Assembly: GCA_050294405.1 (NCBI GenBank)
Contig: JBNKOC010000004.1
Span: 1-64,000, forward strand
Length of the DNA stretch: 64,000 nucleotides
Reading direction: 5' to 3'
Source of the DNA: Fibrobacteria bacterium
GTDB taxonomy: Bacteria; Fibrobacterota; Fibrobacteria; UBA11236; JADFYW01
The notes beneath the pieces are model-generated. The model saw nothing but the letters and a program-made list of their open reading frames with translations. It made no database searches and was not told where the DNA came from. The translations under genes were made by a program, and so were the position numbers. Shown in pieces: positions 1-8,853 of the stretch; positions within the stretch are counted from its first letter, which is position 1, and each line of letters opens with the position of its first letter.

Positions 1-181
1 ATATTTATTTAAACTTAATTTTTGAAAACCCCAAAAACAGCTCTCTAAAAGAGCAAAAATTTTAGGGCATTTGTGACATTAATTCAAAGCACATTAGTGC
101 TGATAATTGGAAAAAAGTACTTTAGCCCCTAAAGATTACCGCTTAAGCGTGGTTTTTTATTTAGAACAAGGCCTTTGAATA

Positions 182-931
182 ATGCTTGAAATAGATATTA
201 ATTGCGATTTGGGTGAGGGTGAAACTGAAAAAGATTGCCTCATCGACGCGCAACTCATGCCTTTTATTTCAAGTTGCAACATCGCTTGCGGAGGCCATGC
301 CGGTAATGAGTTTACCATCAAGCGCTCTTTGGAAAATGCACGGGCAAATAATTTAAAAGTAGGAGCACACCCAGGCTATCCTGATAAGCAGGGGTTTGGC
401 CGGAAAAAACTTTTTATATCTGGTGAAGAGTTGAACCAATCTATTCGAGAGCAATGGGAACTGTTTTCTAACTTGGCTAAGGAACTATCCATCAGCATTA
501 ATCATATTAAGTTGCATGGAGCATTATACAACGATGTTGAAGAGGATTCTGAAATCGCCTTCCAGCTAGCTGATACTATAAAACAAATTTCTCCTTCAAT
601 TAAAGTTTATGCCCAAGCACAAGGAGTTTTTGCCGGAGCTTGTGAAAATCTGGGCATGGCAGTTATTCAGGAAGGCTTTATGGACAGAAGCTATGAGGCC
701 TCCGGAAAACTCACCCCCCGGAAGGATGCAGGAGCAATCATTACCAACCAGGCAGAATGTATACAACAAGCTTTAAAACTGGCCAAAGGAGAGCCTATTT
801 TATCCCGCGAAAGAACGCCCTTGTTTCTAAAAGCAAATACCATTTGCCTGCACAGTGACACAAACGGGGCCCTTGATATTGCCAGGATGCTTTTTGAAAC
901 ATTTAAAGCCGAGGGTATAGCCATTCAATGA
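182..931 (+). CDS. pxpA: 5-oxoprolinase subunit A (LamB/YcsF family)
   Basis: DINCDLGEG, NIACGGHAG, GAHPGYPD, HIKLHGALYN and TICLHSD motifs; overlaps next gene (ATGA). Confidence 0.95.
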   Translation: MLEIDINCDLGEGETEKDCLIDAQLMPFISSCNIACGGHAGNEFTIKRSLENARANNLKVGAHPGYPDKQGFGRKKLFISGEELNQSIREQWELFSNLAKELSISINHIKLHGALYNDVEEDSEIAFQLADTIKQISPSIKVYAQAQGVFAGACENLGMAVIQEGFMDRSYEASGKLTPRKDAGAIITNQAECIQQALKLAKGEPILSRERTPLFLKANTICLHSDTNGALDIARMLFETFKAEGIAIQ

Positions 932-1620
932 TGCAGGAAAAATATCGTATAGTCTCAAATTCTGATTCGGCAATAACTGTATTATTTGACAGCCCCAGAT
1001 CTGAAGAGCTGTCTACGCGCATTCTTCAATATACAAAGAGCTTAAGAAAGAAATGGGATAATGTGGTATTTGATTTTATCCCCGGTTATCAGAGTTTGAC
1101 CCTTGTTTATGCAATTCAAAAAATCAATCCCCAGGAAATTGAGTCAAGTATACATCGGTTACTTTCCACAAAATTGGAGAGCAATCAAAGTTTGGGCAAG
1201 ATAATTGATATCCCTGTATGTTATGACCCGGAATTCGGTCCCGACCTCGCTTATGTGGCTAACTATTGCAGCATTTCCGTAGAAGAACTTGTGCATCTTC
1301 ATTCAACCCCGGAGTATCTGGTACATATGTTAGGTTTTTTGCCGGGTTTCCTGTATCTGGGAGGATTAACGGCTAAATTAAAATGTCCACGCAAAAATCA
1401 GCCAAGGCTTCGGGTGGAAGCCGGATCTGTGGGAATTGGCGGAGACCAAACCGGTGTTTATCCTGTTCCTAGCCCGGGGGGATGGCAAATCATCGGTAGG
1501 ACACCATTGAGGATTTTTGATCCTCAGAGTGAGCAGCCCTTTGCAGCCGAACCTTTGGATAAAATAAAATTCATTCCCATTAGCGCAGAGGAATACAAAC
1601 ATCTTTCCGGTGGCCTTTGA
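928..1620 (+). CDS. pxpB: 5-oxoprolinase subunit B (KipI/allophanate hydrolase subunit 1 family)
   Basis: IPVCYDPEFGPDL, GFLPGFLYLGGL, GSVGIGGDQTGVYPVPSPGGWQIIGRTP. Confidence 0.95.
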   Translation: MMQEKYRIVSNSDSAITVLFDSPRSEELSTRILQYTKSLRKKWDNVVFDFIPGYQSLTLVYAIQKINPQEIESSIHRLLSTKLESNQSLGKIIDIPVCYDPEFGPDLAYVANYCSISVEELVHLHSTPEYLVHMLGFLPGFLYLGGLTAKLKCPRKNQPRLRVEAGSVGIGGDQTGVYPVPSPGGWQIIGRTPLRIFDPQSEQPFAAEPLDKIKFIPISAEEYKHLSGGL

Positions 1621-2549
1621 TGGGCATATATATTATAAAACCCGGAATGCAAACCAGCATCCAGGATGGAGGCCGCCCAGGTTTTATGCATAAAGGCATA
1701 TCACGGAGCGGAGCTATGGACCCCTTTGCCATGGCAGCTTCAAATTGGCTGGTGGGAAACCCTCTGGATAATCCGGTATTGGAAACAACCCTCGTGGGCC
1801 CCGTTTTGGAATTCACCCAAGGTTTAACCATTGGCATATGCGGGGCGAATTTTGAGCTCAGCTTGAACAATAATCCGGTTCCCATGAACAAAACTCTTAA
1901 TGTGCAAAAGGGCGATGTTTTGTCCTTCGGGAAAAGAATCGCTGGTGCAAGGGCATACCTTGCCTGCGCGGGCGAGTGGAACCTGCCAAGGTTTTTTAAT
2001 AGTTATTCCACCAACATTATGGGAGGTTTTGGAGGGTTGAAGGGAAGGGCTTTGCGCAAAGACGACAACCTGGACATCCAAGGTAGGGATACAGATATTA
2101 ACCGAGAGATTCCAGCCCATCGAATAATGAAATATTCTGGCAGATATGTTATGCGCTGTTTGCCCTGTGTTGAAACCGAGCAGTTTAGCCCCTCTCATAT
2201 GGAACAGTTTTTTTCTCAAACTTATTCAGTAAGTTCCGAATCCAATCGAATGGGAATTCGCCTTACGGGAAATGCCCTAGAAGAATTAACATTGCCGGAA
2301 ATGATATCTTCAGGACTGGTGCCGGGAAGCATTCAAATCCCCCCCTCAGGGCTACCAATACTTTCCTCCGTGGACGGGCAGACACTGGGAGGGTACCCCC
2401 GTATCGCAGGGGTCATTTCAGCCGATCTCCACTTAATGGGACAGTTGGTGGCTGGTGATAAGTTGCGTTTTGTAAAAGTTACTTTTAAAAAAGCCCTTTC
2501 AATTTTGCTTCGAAAAGAAGAATTGTTAAAAGCCCTTTTTTCGCCATGA
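1617..2549 (+). CDS. pxpC: 5-oxoprolinase subunit C (KipA family)
   Basis: IQDGGRPG, SGAMD, GARAYLA, SNRMGIRL, GSIQIPPSG, QTLGGYPRIA. Confidence 0.93.
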   Translation: MMGIYIIKPGMQTSIQDGGRPGFMHKGISRSGAMDPFAMAASNWLVGNPLDNPVLETTLVGPVLEFTQGLTIGICGANFELSLNNNPVPMNKTLNVQKGDVLSFGKRIAGARAYLACAGEWNLPRFFNSYSTNIMGGFGGLKGRALRKDDNLDIQGRDTDINREIPAHRIMKYSGRYVMRCLPCVETEQFSPSHMEQFFSQTYSVSSESNRMGIRLTGNALEELTLPEMISSGLVPGSIQIPPSGLPILSSVDGQTLGGYPRIAGVISADLHLMGQLVAGDKLRFVKVTFKKALSILLRKEELLKALFSP

Positions 2550-2588
2550 AGATATAACATTGAAACAAGGCTACTTTTTTTAAGAGAG

Positions 2589-2819
2589 ATGAAAATAAAT
2601 AGCAATTTTTTTTTTAAAATAACCGCTTCATTTTTAATATCCATTCCTGTTGGTTTTATAGCATCTTTGTCAATGACTCATAAGCTAAGGCAATGGGAAA
2701 ACACAATTCCCTTGGAATTGGCGGGCCACAGCGGACCTGCCCCCTGGGTAATGTTTGCAATCATTATATTAATATGGATAGTGCTTGTATCGGCATTTTT
2801 AAAAGTTGGAAAAAACTAA
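2589..2819 (+). CDS. small hypothetical membrane protein (2 TM)
   Basis: 76 aa with two hydrophobic segments; GAGAG upstream of ATG; downstream of pxpC. Confidence 0.5.
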   Translation: MKINSNFFFKITASFLISIPVGFIASLSMTHKLRQWENTIPLELAGHSGPAPWVMFAIIILIWIVLVSAFLKVGKN

Positions 2820-3162
2820 TCTGGCCGATTAGAAATAAGTTTTACATTGCTTTTTTTAGTTTAGAGAAAATCAGACTATGAAAAAGTAAAAATATTTTAT
2901 ATTCATTTATATTCACATTTAAAAAACAGCATGAATTTTGCGCATAAAACAGCAAACTATTAATAGGCGCCTTAAATGATAAATTAGGGTGTATTTCCAG
3001 AAAATTTACCAATTAAAAATATTGCGAATACCCAAAACCCACAAATAAGATTAAATTTTACTCACAGTAACATTTAGGCAACCAAAACGGTATCCACCAT
3101 TGTTTTGAATTTAGGGAGTTGTTATCTGGGCAGATAGGCCAACCATAGGAAAAGCTTTCTCT

Positions 3163-4341
3163 TTGAAAACAAGCTTTCCGATTTTAATGTTTGCGTTATT
3201 TCTCTTAAATTCACATGGAGAAAGACCCATTCCACTTATAATTGGAGCTGATGTTTCCTGGCTGCCGGAATACGAAGCAAAAGGAGAAAGTTTTGCGGAC
3301 AGCGGCATTCAAAAAGACTTATTGGTTTTATTAAAAAACCGGCATTTTAACTGGATTCGATTGCGGTTGTTTCACAATCCTCTGGCAGACAGCGGTTATT
3401 CTTTAGGCACAGCTAATCCCCAGGAACCCTTTTGCGGTTTGGAATATACATTGAATATGGCCAAACGAGTTAAAGAGGCTGGTTTAAATTTATTGCTGGA
3501 TTTTCATTACAGTGATACCTGGGCGGATCCCGCCCACCAGCGCACTCCGGCGGCCTGGGAGGGTTTAAACCTGGAACAACTCAAAGACTCCGTATACCAA
3601 TACACTTCCAATGTCCTGGAAATTTTCAGAGCAAACCAGGTTCTTCCTCAAATGGTTCAAGTGGGAAATGAAATTAATGCAGGTATGTTATTTCCTATTG
3701 GAGAAAATATTGAAAACCAAATCAAACTTGTGGATGCAGGATTGAAGGCTGTGCACGATGTGGATTCCAATATATATACCATGGTTCACTCTGCAAGCGG
3801 GGGAGATAATGCTGTTTCCCAGTGGTTTTTTGGCAACATTACAAAAGCCACTCAAAAAATAGATGTGCTCGGTTTATCCTGCTATACGGAATGGCACGGC
3901 CCCCCGGAAGACTGGCGGGCAAATCTAAACCAACTTGCCGAACAATTTCCCAGTCATGATTTTATGATCACTGAATACTCTTATGAAAAGGAAGCTGTGC
4001 TTAACATGACTTACGACTTTCCCGGCAACAGAGTTTGGGGAAGTTTTATATGGGAGCCCGTAACATGGATGGAATACATGTTTGATTGGGAAGATTATGT
4101 ATTTCACGCCAACAGCTATTTAGATATTTATAGCGATTTTGCAGAAAGCCACAATTTGGTTTTATCCATTGGAAAGATCACCACGGGAGCCCCTTTTAAA
4201 CCCTCGCCAAACAGTTTAAGAGTTTTTTTAGACGCCTCCGCAATTAATACCGGGCAAAGCAAACTTTCCAGCAAAGTCTACTGGAATTCTCATGAAAAGT
4301 TGTATGGAGTATCGGGCAAAACAATTTACCTGAGTCAATAG
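3163..4341 (+). CDS. GH53 endo-beta-1,4-galactanase, secreted
   Basis: GADVSWL, NWIRLRLF, LLDFHYSDTWADPAHQ, VQVGNEIN (acid/base), MITEYSY (nucleophile); N-terminal signal peptide; TTG start. Confidence 0.93.
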   Translation: MKTSFPILMFALFLLNSHGERPIPLIIGADVSWLPEYEAKGESFADSGIQKDLLVLLKNRHFNWIRLRLFHNPLADSGYSLGTANPQEPFCGLEYTLNMAKRVKEAGLNLLLDFHYSDTWADPAHQRTPAAWEGLNLEQLKDSVYQYTSNVLEIFRANQVLPQMVQVGNEINAGMLFPIGENIENQIKLVDAGLKAVHDVDSNIYTMVHSASGGDNAVSQWFFGNITKATQKIDVLGLSCYTEWHGPPEDWRANLNQLAEQFPSHDFMITEYSYEKEAVLNMTYDFPGNRVWGSFIWEPVTWMEYMFDWEDYVFHANSYLDIYSDFAESHNLVLSIGKITTGAPFKPSPNSLRVFLDASAINTGQSKLSSKVYWNSHEKLYGVSGKTIYLSQ

Positions 4342-4568
4342 CCAATTATTTTTCCAAAAAGAGGAATCCTTTTATTAAGGGGCGCGTAAAAAAGGCCTAA
4401 AATGCTCCGGCGGGGAGCAGGATTCTCCTGATTTTTTGAACATATTGGCGAAAAATCTGTTGTCAAAATTGGTTTCTGCCCTATTTTAATCTTGAGGAGT
4501 TGCTTGCCCAAGCAGCTTTTGATGGCCATTGGAACCGGGGATAGCACATCGCTAAGGGAGGTTTTTAC

Positions 4569-5558
4569 ATGAATTGGGAAACCAATTTGCTAAGAATTTT
4601 TAAAAACGGCTGCCTGACTTTAGCACTAGGCATTTTTGGAACCTCCTTTGTCTCCGCTCAAGAGGAATACTGCCGCACAGACAGAAATAACATCGGCAAC
4701 GGCTATCATTACGAAATCTGGATACAGGATGGCACACCCGGCAGCGCATGCCTGACCGTGTACGAAGACGAGGGCCGCTTTAAAGCCGAATGGGATTTAG
4801 ATGGTTATGGATTTGTAGCTAGGGTAGGTCTTTTTTACGGCGTTCAGGATACACCGGCAGAAGAGTTCGGCTGGTTTAGTTCTGATTACGAATTTACCAA
4901 AAGCGGGGATGGACAGGCCTGGATGGGTATCTACGGCTGGACCACTGAACCTTTAATTGAATATTACATCATAGAAGACTGGAATGGTTGGAAGCCTCAA
5001 TTTCCTGTCCATCGGGGAACCATTGTGGTGGACGGTGCGGAATACGATGTATATAATGATGTGCGCGACCAAAAACCTTCTATTCTGGGAACCCGAACTT
5101 TTGATCAATGGTTTAGTGTGCGCAAAGAAGGGAGGCAAAGCGGGCATATATCTATTTCGGAACATTTTGAAAAATGGAAAGAAATGGGTTATATAGAAGG
5201 CGGGTTATATGAAGCTAAGTTAAAGGTTGAAGGCTTTGGAGGAACAGGTACCGTTGATTTTACCAAGGCAACAGTACAGGTGGGTGAAAAGCCCGATCCC
5301 ATTGATACCAGTAATGTGGACACCACAGAGTCTATTATTCCCAATTCAGCGGACAAGCCAATTGGCTATAACCAAAAGAGCCCCTTTGATGGAGAAATAA
5401 GCTTGCTCAACCTGAATGGACATGTTATTCAAAAAAAGCGCATTAGAAAAAATGAAACCCTGGCTTTTGCAACTGAAAACATTAAAGCGGGTTTGTATCT
5501 TATGCGCTTTAAAACCGAAGGCAGGATGGACCAATACCATAAACTGATAATCAAGTAA
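4569..5558 (+). CDS. GH11 endo-1,4-beta-xylanase with C-terminal sorting-like domain
   Basis: IYGWT..PLIEYYIIE, PSILGTRTFDQWFSVR, ISEHF..W, VEGFGGTG; AAGGGAGG RBS; tail LNLNG...AGLYLMR...KLIIK. Confidence 0.95.
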   Translation: MNWETNLLRIFKNGCLTLALGIFGTSFVSAQEEYCRTDRNNIGNGYHYEIWIQDGTPGSACLTVYEDEGRFKAEWDLDGYGFVARVGLFYGVQDTPAEEFGWFSSDYEFTKSGDGQAWMGIYGWTTEPLIEYYIIEDWNGWKPQFPVHRGTIVVDGAEYDVYNDVRDQKPSILGTRTFDQWFSVRKEGRQSGHISISEHFEKWKEMGYIEGGLYEAKLKVEGFGGTGTVDFTKATVQVGEKPDPIDTSNVDTTESIIPNSADKPIGYNQKSPFDGEISLLNLNGHVIQKKRIRKNETLAFATENIKAGLYLMRFKTEGRMDQYHKLIIK

Positions 5559-5579
5559 TTGCTTGATTTACAAAGCTGG

Positions 5580-5867
5580 TTATGGTTTAAGAGCTGTTCC
5601 CACCACCACCGTCCATTCTCTCACACGCCAATTAGTGATTAAACCATTTAATACATAGGGATCTTTTTTTGCGAACTCTTCCACCTCTTCTTTGGTGCTT
5701 GCGTTAAATACCAAGGCGGAGCCGTCTACGGGATTGGTAAAAGCCCCGGCCAACACCAATACCCCTTTATCCTCAGCCTGTTGTAAATAATTGAGATGGG
5801 CTTCCCGATGGGGAACTCTGCGTTCCAGCATATTATCCACAAAGTCATAAAACAAAATATAATGCAT
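5580..5867 (-). CDS. YciI family protein
   Basis: R.PHREAHL, LAGAF, DGS, DPYVLNGL..W..REW. Confidence 0.9.
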   Translation of the reverse strand: MHYILFYDFVDNMLERRVPHREAHLNYLQQAEDKGVLVLAGAFTNPVDGSALVFNASTKEEVEEFAKKDPYVLNGLITNWRVREWTVVVGTALKP

Positions 5868-5907
5868 TATTAATCCTTCTGGTTATTACTTATAAGTAAG
5901 CATATAT

Positions 5908-6897
5908 TTAAAGTTTTTCCCACTGACCCGTGTCAGCGCTTTTAAAAATAGCATCAATTACATTCATATTGCAAACAGCATCTTCTAAGGGCACAGGAAC
6001 CGGGCTATCATTTAGAATGGCTTTGGAAAAAAGGTCGAGCTGAATGGAATATTGGTCTGCTGCAGAAAAACTTATTTGCTTCTCCTTTTTCCCATTGAAA
6101 TATAGGATACGGGCAGGTTTGTCTTCGGGCTGATTAAAGGGAATTTGAATTTCAATTCTTCCTTCACTCCCTATAATATTTGCCCTTTGGTAGGGGGACA
6201 TTTGGGTGGAACAACTAAAGCTTGCTGTTCCGGTTCCAAAATCCATAAGAGCCAAAGTATGCCTGTCTGTTTTAAAGTTCTGGTCTTTTTCAATTACCCC
6301 CATCACCCGCTCCGGCTCTTTGTCGAATAACATACGGGAGAGGTTAATAGGGTAACATCCAATATCCATAAGCCCCCCTCCTCCCATTTCAATTCGATTG
6401 CGGCAATTTTCCGGATCCATTAAGAAATAAGTAAAAACGGAATGTATGGTTTTAACCTCCCCAATTTTGCCTCCTCTTACCATTTCCAAAACCTTGACCC
6501 ATTGGGGGTGATGCTTATACATAAAGGCTTCCATAATTTTTTGGTTTGGAAAATCTTTTGAAAATTCTAAGAATTTTTTAGCCTCTGTCGCGTCCATTGC
6601 GATAGGCTTTTCACATAAGACATGTTTTCCAGCTTTTAGAGCCTTTTCGCTCCAAGGGATATGTAAATGGTTTGGCAACGGAATATATATAGCTTGGATA
6701 TCAGAGTCTGCTAGTAATTCCTCATAGGAGCCATAGGCCTTGGAAATTTTCATTTCATTGGCAATTTTTTTGGCTTTGTTGATGTCTCTGGAAGCAATAC
6801 CCTGCAAACTTGAATAGCCGCAGTTTTTAAAAGACGGAATAACTTTATTTACAGCAATATTGGCCGCCCCCAAAACGCCCCAATTAATTTTCTCCAA
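5908..6897 (-). CDS. Gfo/Idh/MocA family oxidoreductase
   Basis: WGVLGAANIA, YIPLPNHLH, KHVLCEKP, EAFMY.HHPQ, GGGLMDIGCY. Confidence 0.93.
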   Translation of the reverse strand: MEKINWGVLGAANIAVNKVIPSFKNCGYSSLQGIASRDINKAKKIANEMKISKAYGSYEELLADSDIQAIYIPLPNHLHIPWSEKALKAGKHVLCEKPIAMDATEAKKFLEFSKDFPNQKIMEAFMYKHHPQWVKVLEMVRGGKIGEVKTIHSVFTYFLMDPENCRNRIEMGGGGLMDIGCYPINLSRMLFDKEPERVMGVIEKDQNFKTDRHTLALMDFGTGTASFSCSTQMSPYQRANIIGSEGRIEIQIPFNQPEDKPARILYFNGKKEKQISFSAADQYSIQLDLFSKAILNDSPVPVPLEDAVCNMNVIDAIFKSADTGQWEKL

Positions 6898-7136
6898 TGC
6901 TCTCTCCTTTTTTAAGCATCATTGCATTGTATTTAAAAATTTTAAATGTAAATGGAATATCCAAATTTGGGGAAGCCTTGGTTTTAACCAAAAATCATGC
7001 CTTAATTGATTTTTTTTCCTTAAAATGGGCAAATTTGCAGATGGACGCCCCCTCCCATTTAGCTTAAAATAAGAACGGGGGTTTGGGGATTAGCTACTAA
7101 GGCAAATAGGGGAATTTTAATAAGGGGCCTATAGTT

Positions 7137-8852
7137 TTGGAAAAACCGATTAGTTCGCGCGCATTTCATAAATACCTATTTGCTTGCCTGGTTTTTTTCC
7201 TGGAAAGTTTCAGCCAAATAGGCGGTGTTGTGGTGGACAACCAGGGCCAACCTGTGGAGGGAGCTTTGGTAGGACTTGTCCTTCAGGGATTAACATCCAC
7301 CACCGATGTCAATGGAAACTGGGCCTTAGCCGTTACCAGCATTCTTTCTCAGGATAAAAAGGGATTCAAAATCAAAAACTCCGGGCATGAGGCTGTTTTT
7401 CGAGTGGAGAACAACTCTACCCAACTCATTGCCAAATTGCTTAAACCCAACAATAGCTTAGTAAAAGAAATATTTAGGGCTAAGTTAAACCAAGGAATAT
7501 ATTCCCTGGCTCCTTTTTCCAAGGAGCTGGAACCGGGTATGTATGTTTTACAAATGGAATTGGGGCAACATATCTATAACCTGCCCATGATAATGGTAAA
7601 GGGATTTGAGTCGCCTACGGCTGCATTAACATCGAGCCCTGAAAAAGAAAAATTATTATTATCAAAAAAAGGAGCCGCACTGGATACTCTCAGAGTTTCT
7701 AAAACCGGCTATGAAACCAGCACCCTGGCTTTGGAAGCTTTTAATTCGAACCCCATAACTGTGGTTTTAAACCCAAGACAGGCCAGCAGCTACGAACTCC
7801 CTCCTCCGGACCCTTGCGCCAACCAATTCTTCGTGGAAGGGTGCAATTGGGATGATCCCAACAGTACTTGCGGTGGGGTATGCGCCGTAGCCAATTCCTG
7901 TTCTCCCCCCGAAACTCAGGACAAATCCAATTTGGAGAAAACTTTTATTTGCCCTAGATTTATGATGTATAGCACAGAGATGGAACAGGCCGCCAGTGAT
8001 GATGCGGCGAGATATTCCTGGGGCAACCCTCAGGACCCTCCCTTTACCTATGGAATAGTGGGCCACGATGCCGATGTAGGCGGACTGGACGATATTGAAA
8101 GCAGTTGTTGCCAATGTTATCAACTTATTTTTGAAAGCCCCGAACCTGGTTCCCCCCAAATTGGAGAACTATCATACCCCAAGTCCATGGTAGTGCAGAG
8201 TTTTAATACCGCAGCCAGCGGGCCAAAGGGGTTCGATTTGTTTATGGGTGCCGGTGGATATGGAGCTTTTAACTCCTGTTATAATGATCCCAATTTTGGC
8301 AATACCACCCAGTTCAATGAATTTATGTATGATAGTTATCCCTATCAAAATCCGGGTAGCGGGGGGATATCTTTCCTAAGATACAGCGAGTGCGAAAGCG
8401 GCAGTTGGCCGCAAACTATTTCGGGAGTGGAATCCCAAATATGCCAGGATAAAATCGCAGAGCAATGTAACCAGGCATTAATTTCAGCTTCTCCAGAAGG
8501 CACAGAAAGCACCATTCAATCTTGTATTAAAACCAACAGGTCTACATCTCTTTACCACCAAAACTGGCAGGTAAAAGCAAAAAGAGTGCAATGCCCGGAA
8601 GCTTTAACAAGGGTCACAGGTTGCCGTCTTTTGGAACCCAATTTACCCATGCCCCTTCCGGAAGTTCAAACGCCCGCCCAGGCTGATGCCAACGGTACTT
8701 TTAGTTCCGGATACCATACCACCACTATGCAGGATTGCTGCAAGCCCACCTGTGCCTGGAAAGATTGGGTAACAGATAAGGGACTACCGGCAGATGGTGA
8801 CTGGAACTCTTTTTATTCCTGCAATAAGGATGGAGTGCCGCTTACCCAATAA
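7137..8852 (+). CDS. secreted Cys-rich GH45-like glycoside hydrolase (motif order circularly permuted) with N-terminal carboxypeptidase-regulatory-like/Ig module
   Basis: GH45 motifs CCQCYQLIF, KSMVVQS.NT, GFDLFMGAGG.G.FN.C, RVQCP..L...TGCR, then TTTMQDCCKPTCAW at the extreme C-terminus; N-terminal GVVVDNQGQPVEGA...TTDVNG. Confidence 0.8.
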   Translation: MEKPISSRAFHKYLFACLVFFLESFSQIGGVVVDNQGQPVEGALVGLVLQGLTSTTDVNGNWALAVTSILSQDKKGFKIKNSGHEAVFRVENNSTQLIAKLLKPNNSLVKEIFRAKLNQGIYSLAPFSKELEPGMYVLQMELGQHIYNLPMIMVKGFESPTAALTSSPEKEKLLLSKKGAALDTLRVSKTGYETSTLALEAFNSNPITVVLNPRQASSYELPPPDPCANQFFVEGCNWDDPNSTCGGVCAVANSCSPPETQDKSNLEKTFICPRFMMYSTEMEQAASDDAARYSWGNPQDPPFTYGIVGHDADVGGLDDIESSCCQCYQLIFESPEPGSPQIGELSYPKSMVVQSFNTAASGPKGFDLFMGAGGYGAFNSCYNDPNFGNTTQFNEFMYDSYPYQNPGSGGISFLRYSECESGSWPQTISGVESQICQDKIAEQCNQALISASPEGTESTIQSCIKTNRSTSLYHQNWQVKAKRVQCPEALTRVTGCRLLEPNLPMPLPEVQTPAQADANGTFSSGYHTTTMQDCCKPTCAWKDWVTDKGLPADGDWNSFYSCNKDGVPLTQ

Positions 8853-8853
8853 C

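Noticed and set aside
7027..7050. GGCAAA...GACGC resembling a c-di-GMP-I riboswitch upstream of the GH45-like gene
   Set aside because: No GNRA-capped stem between the motifs and no following AAA or second stem.
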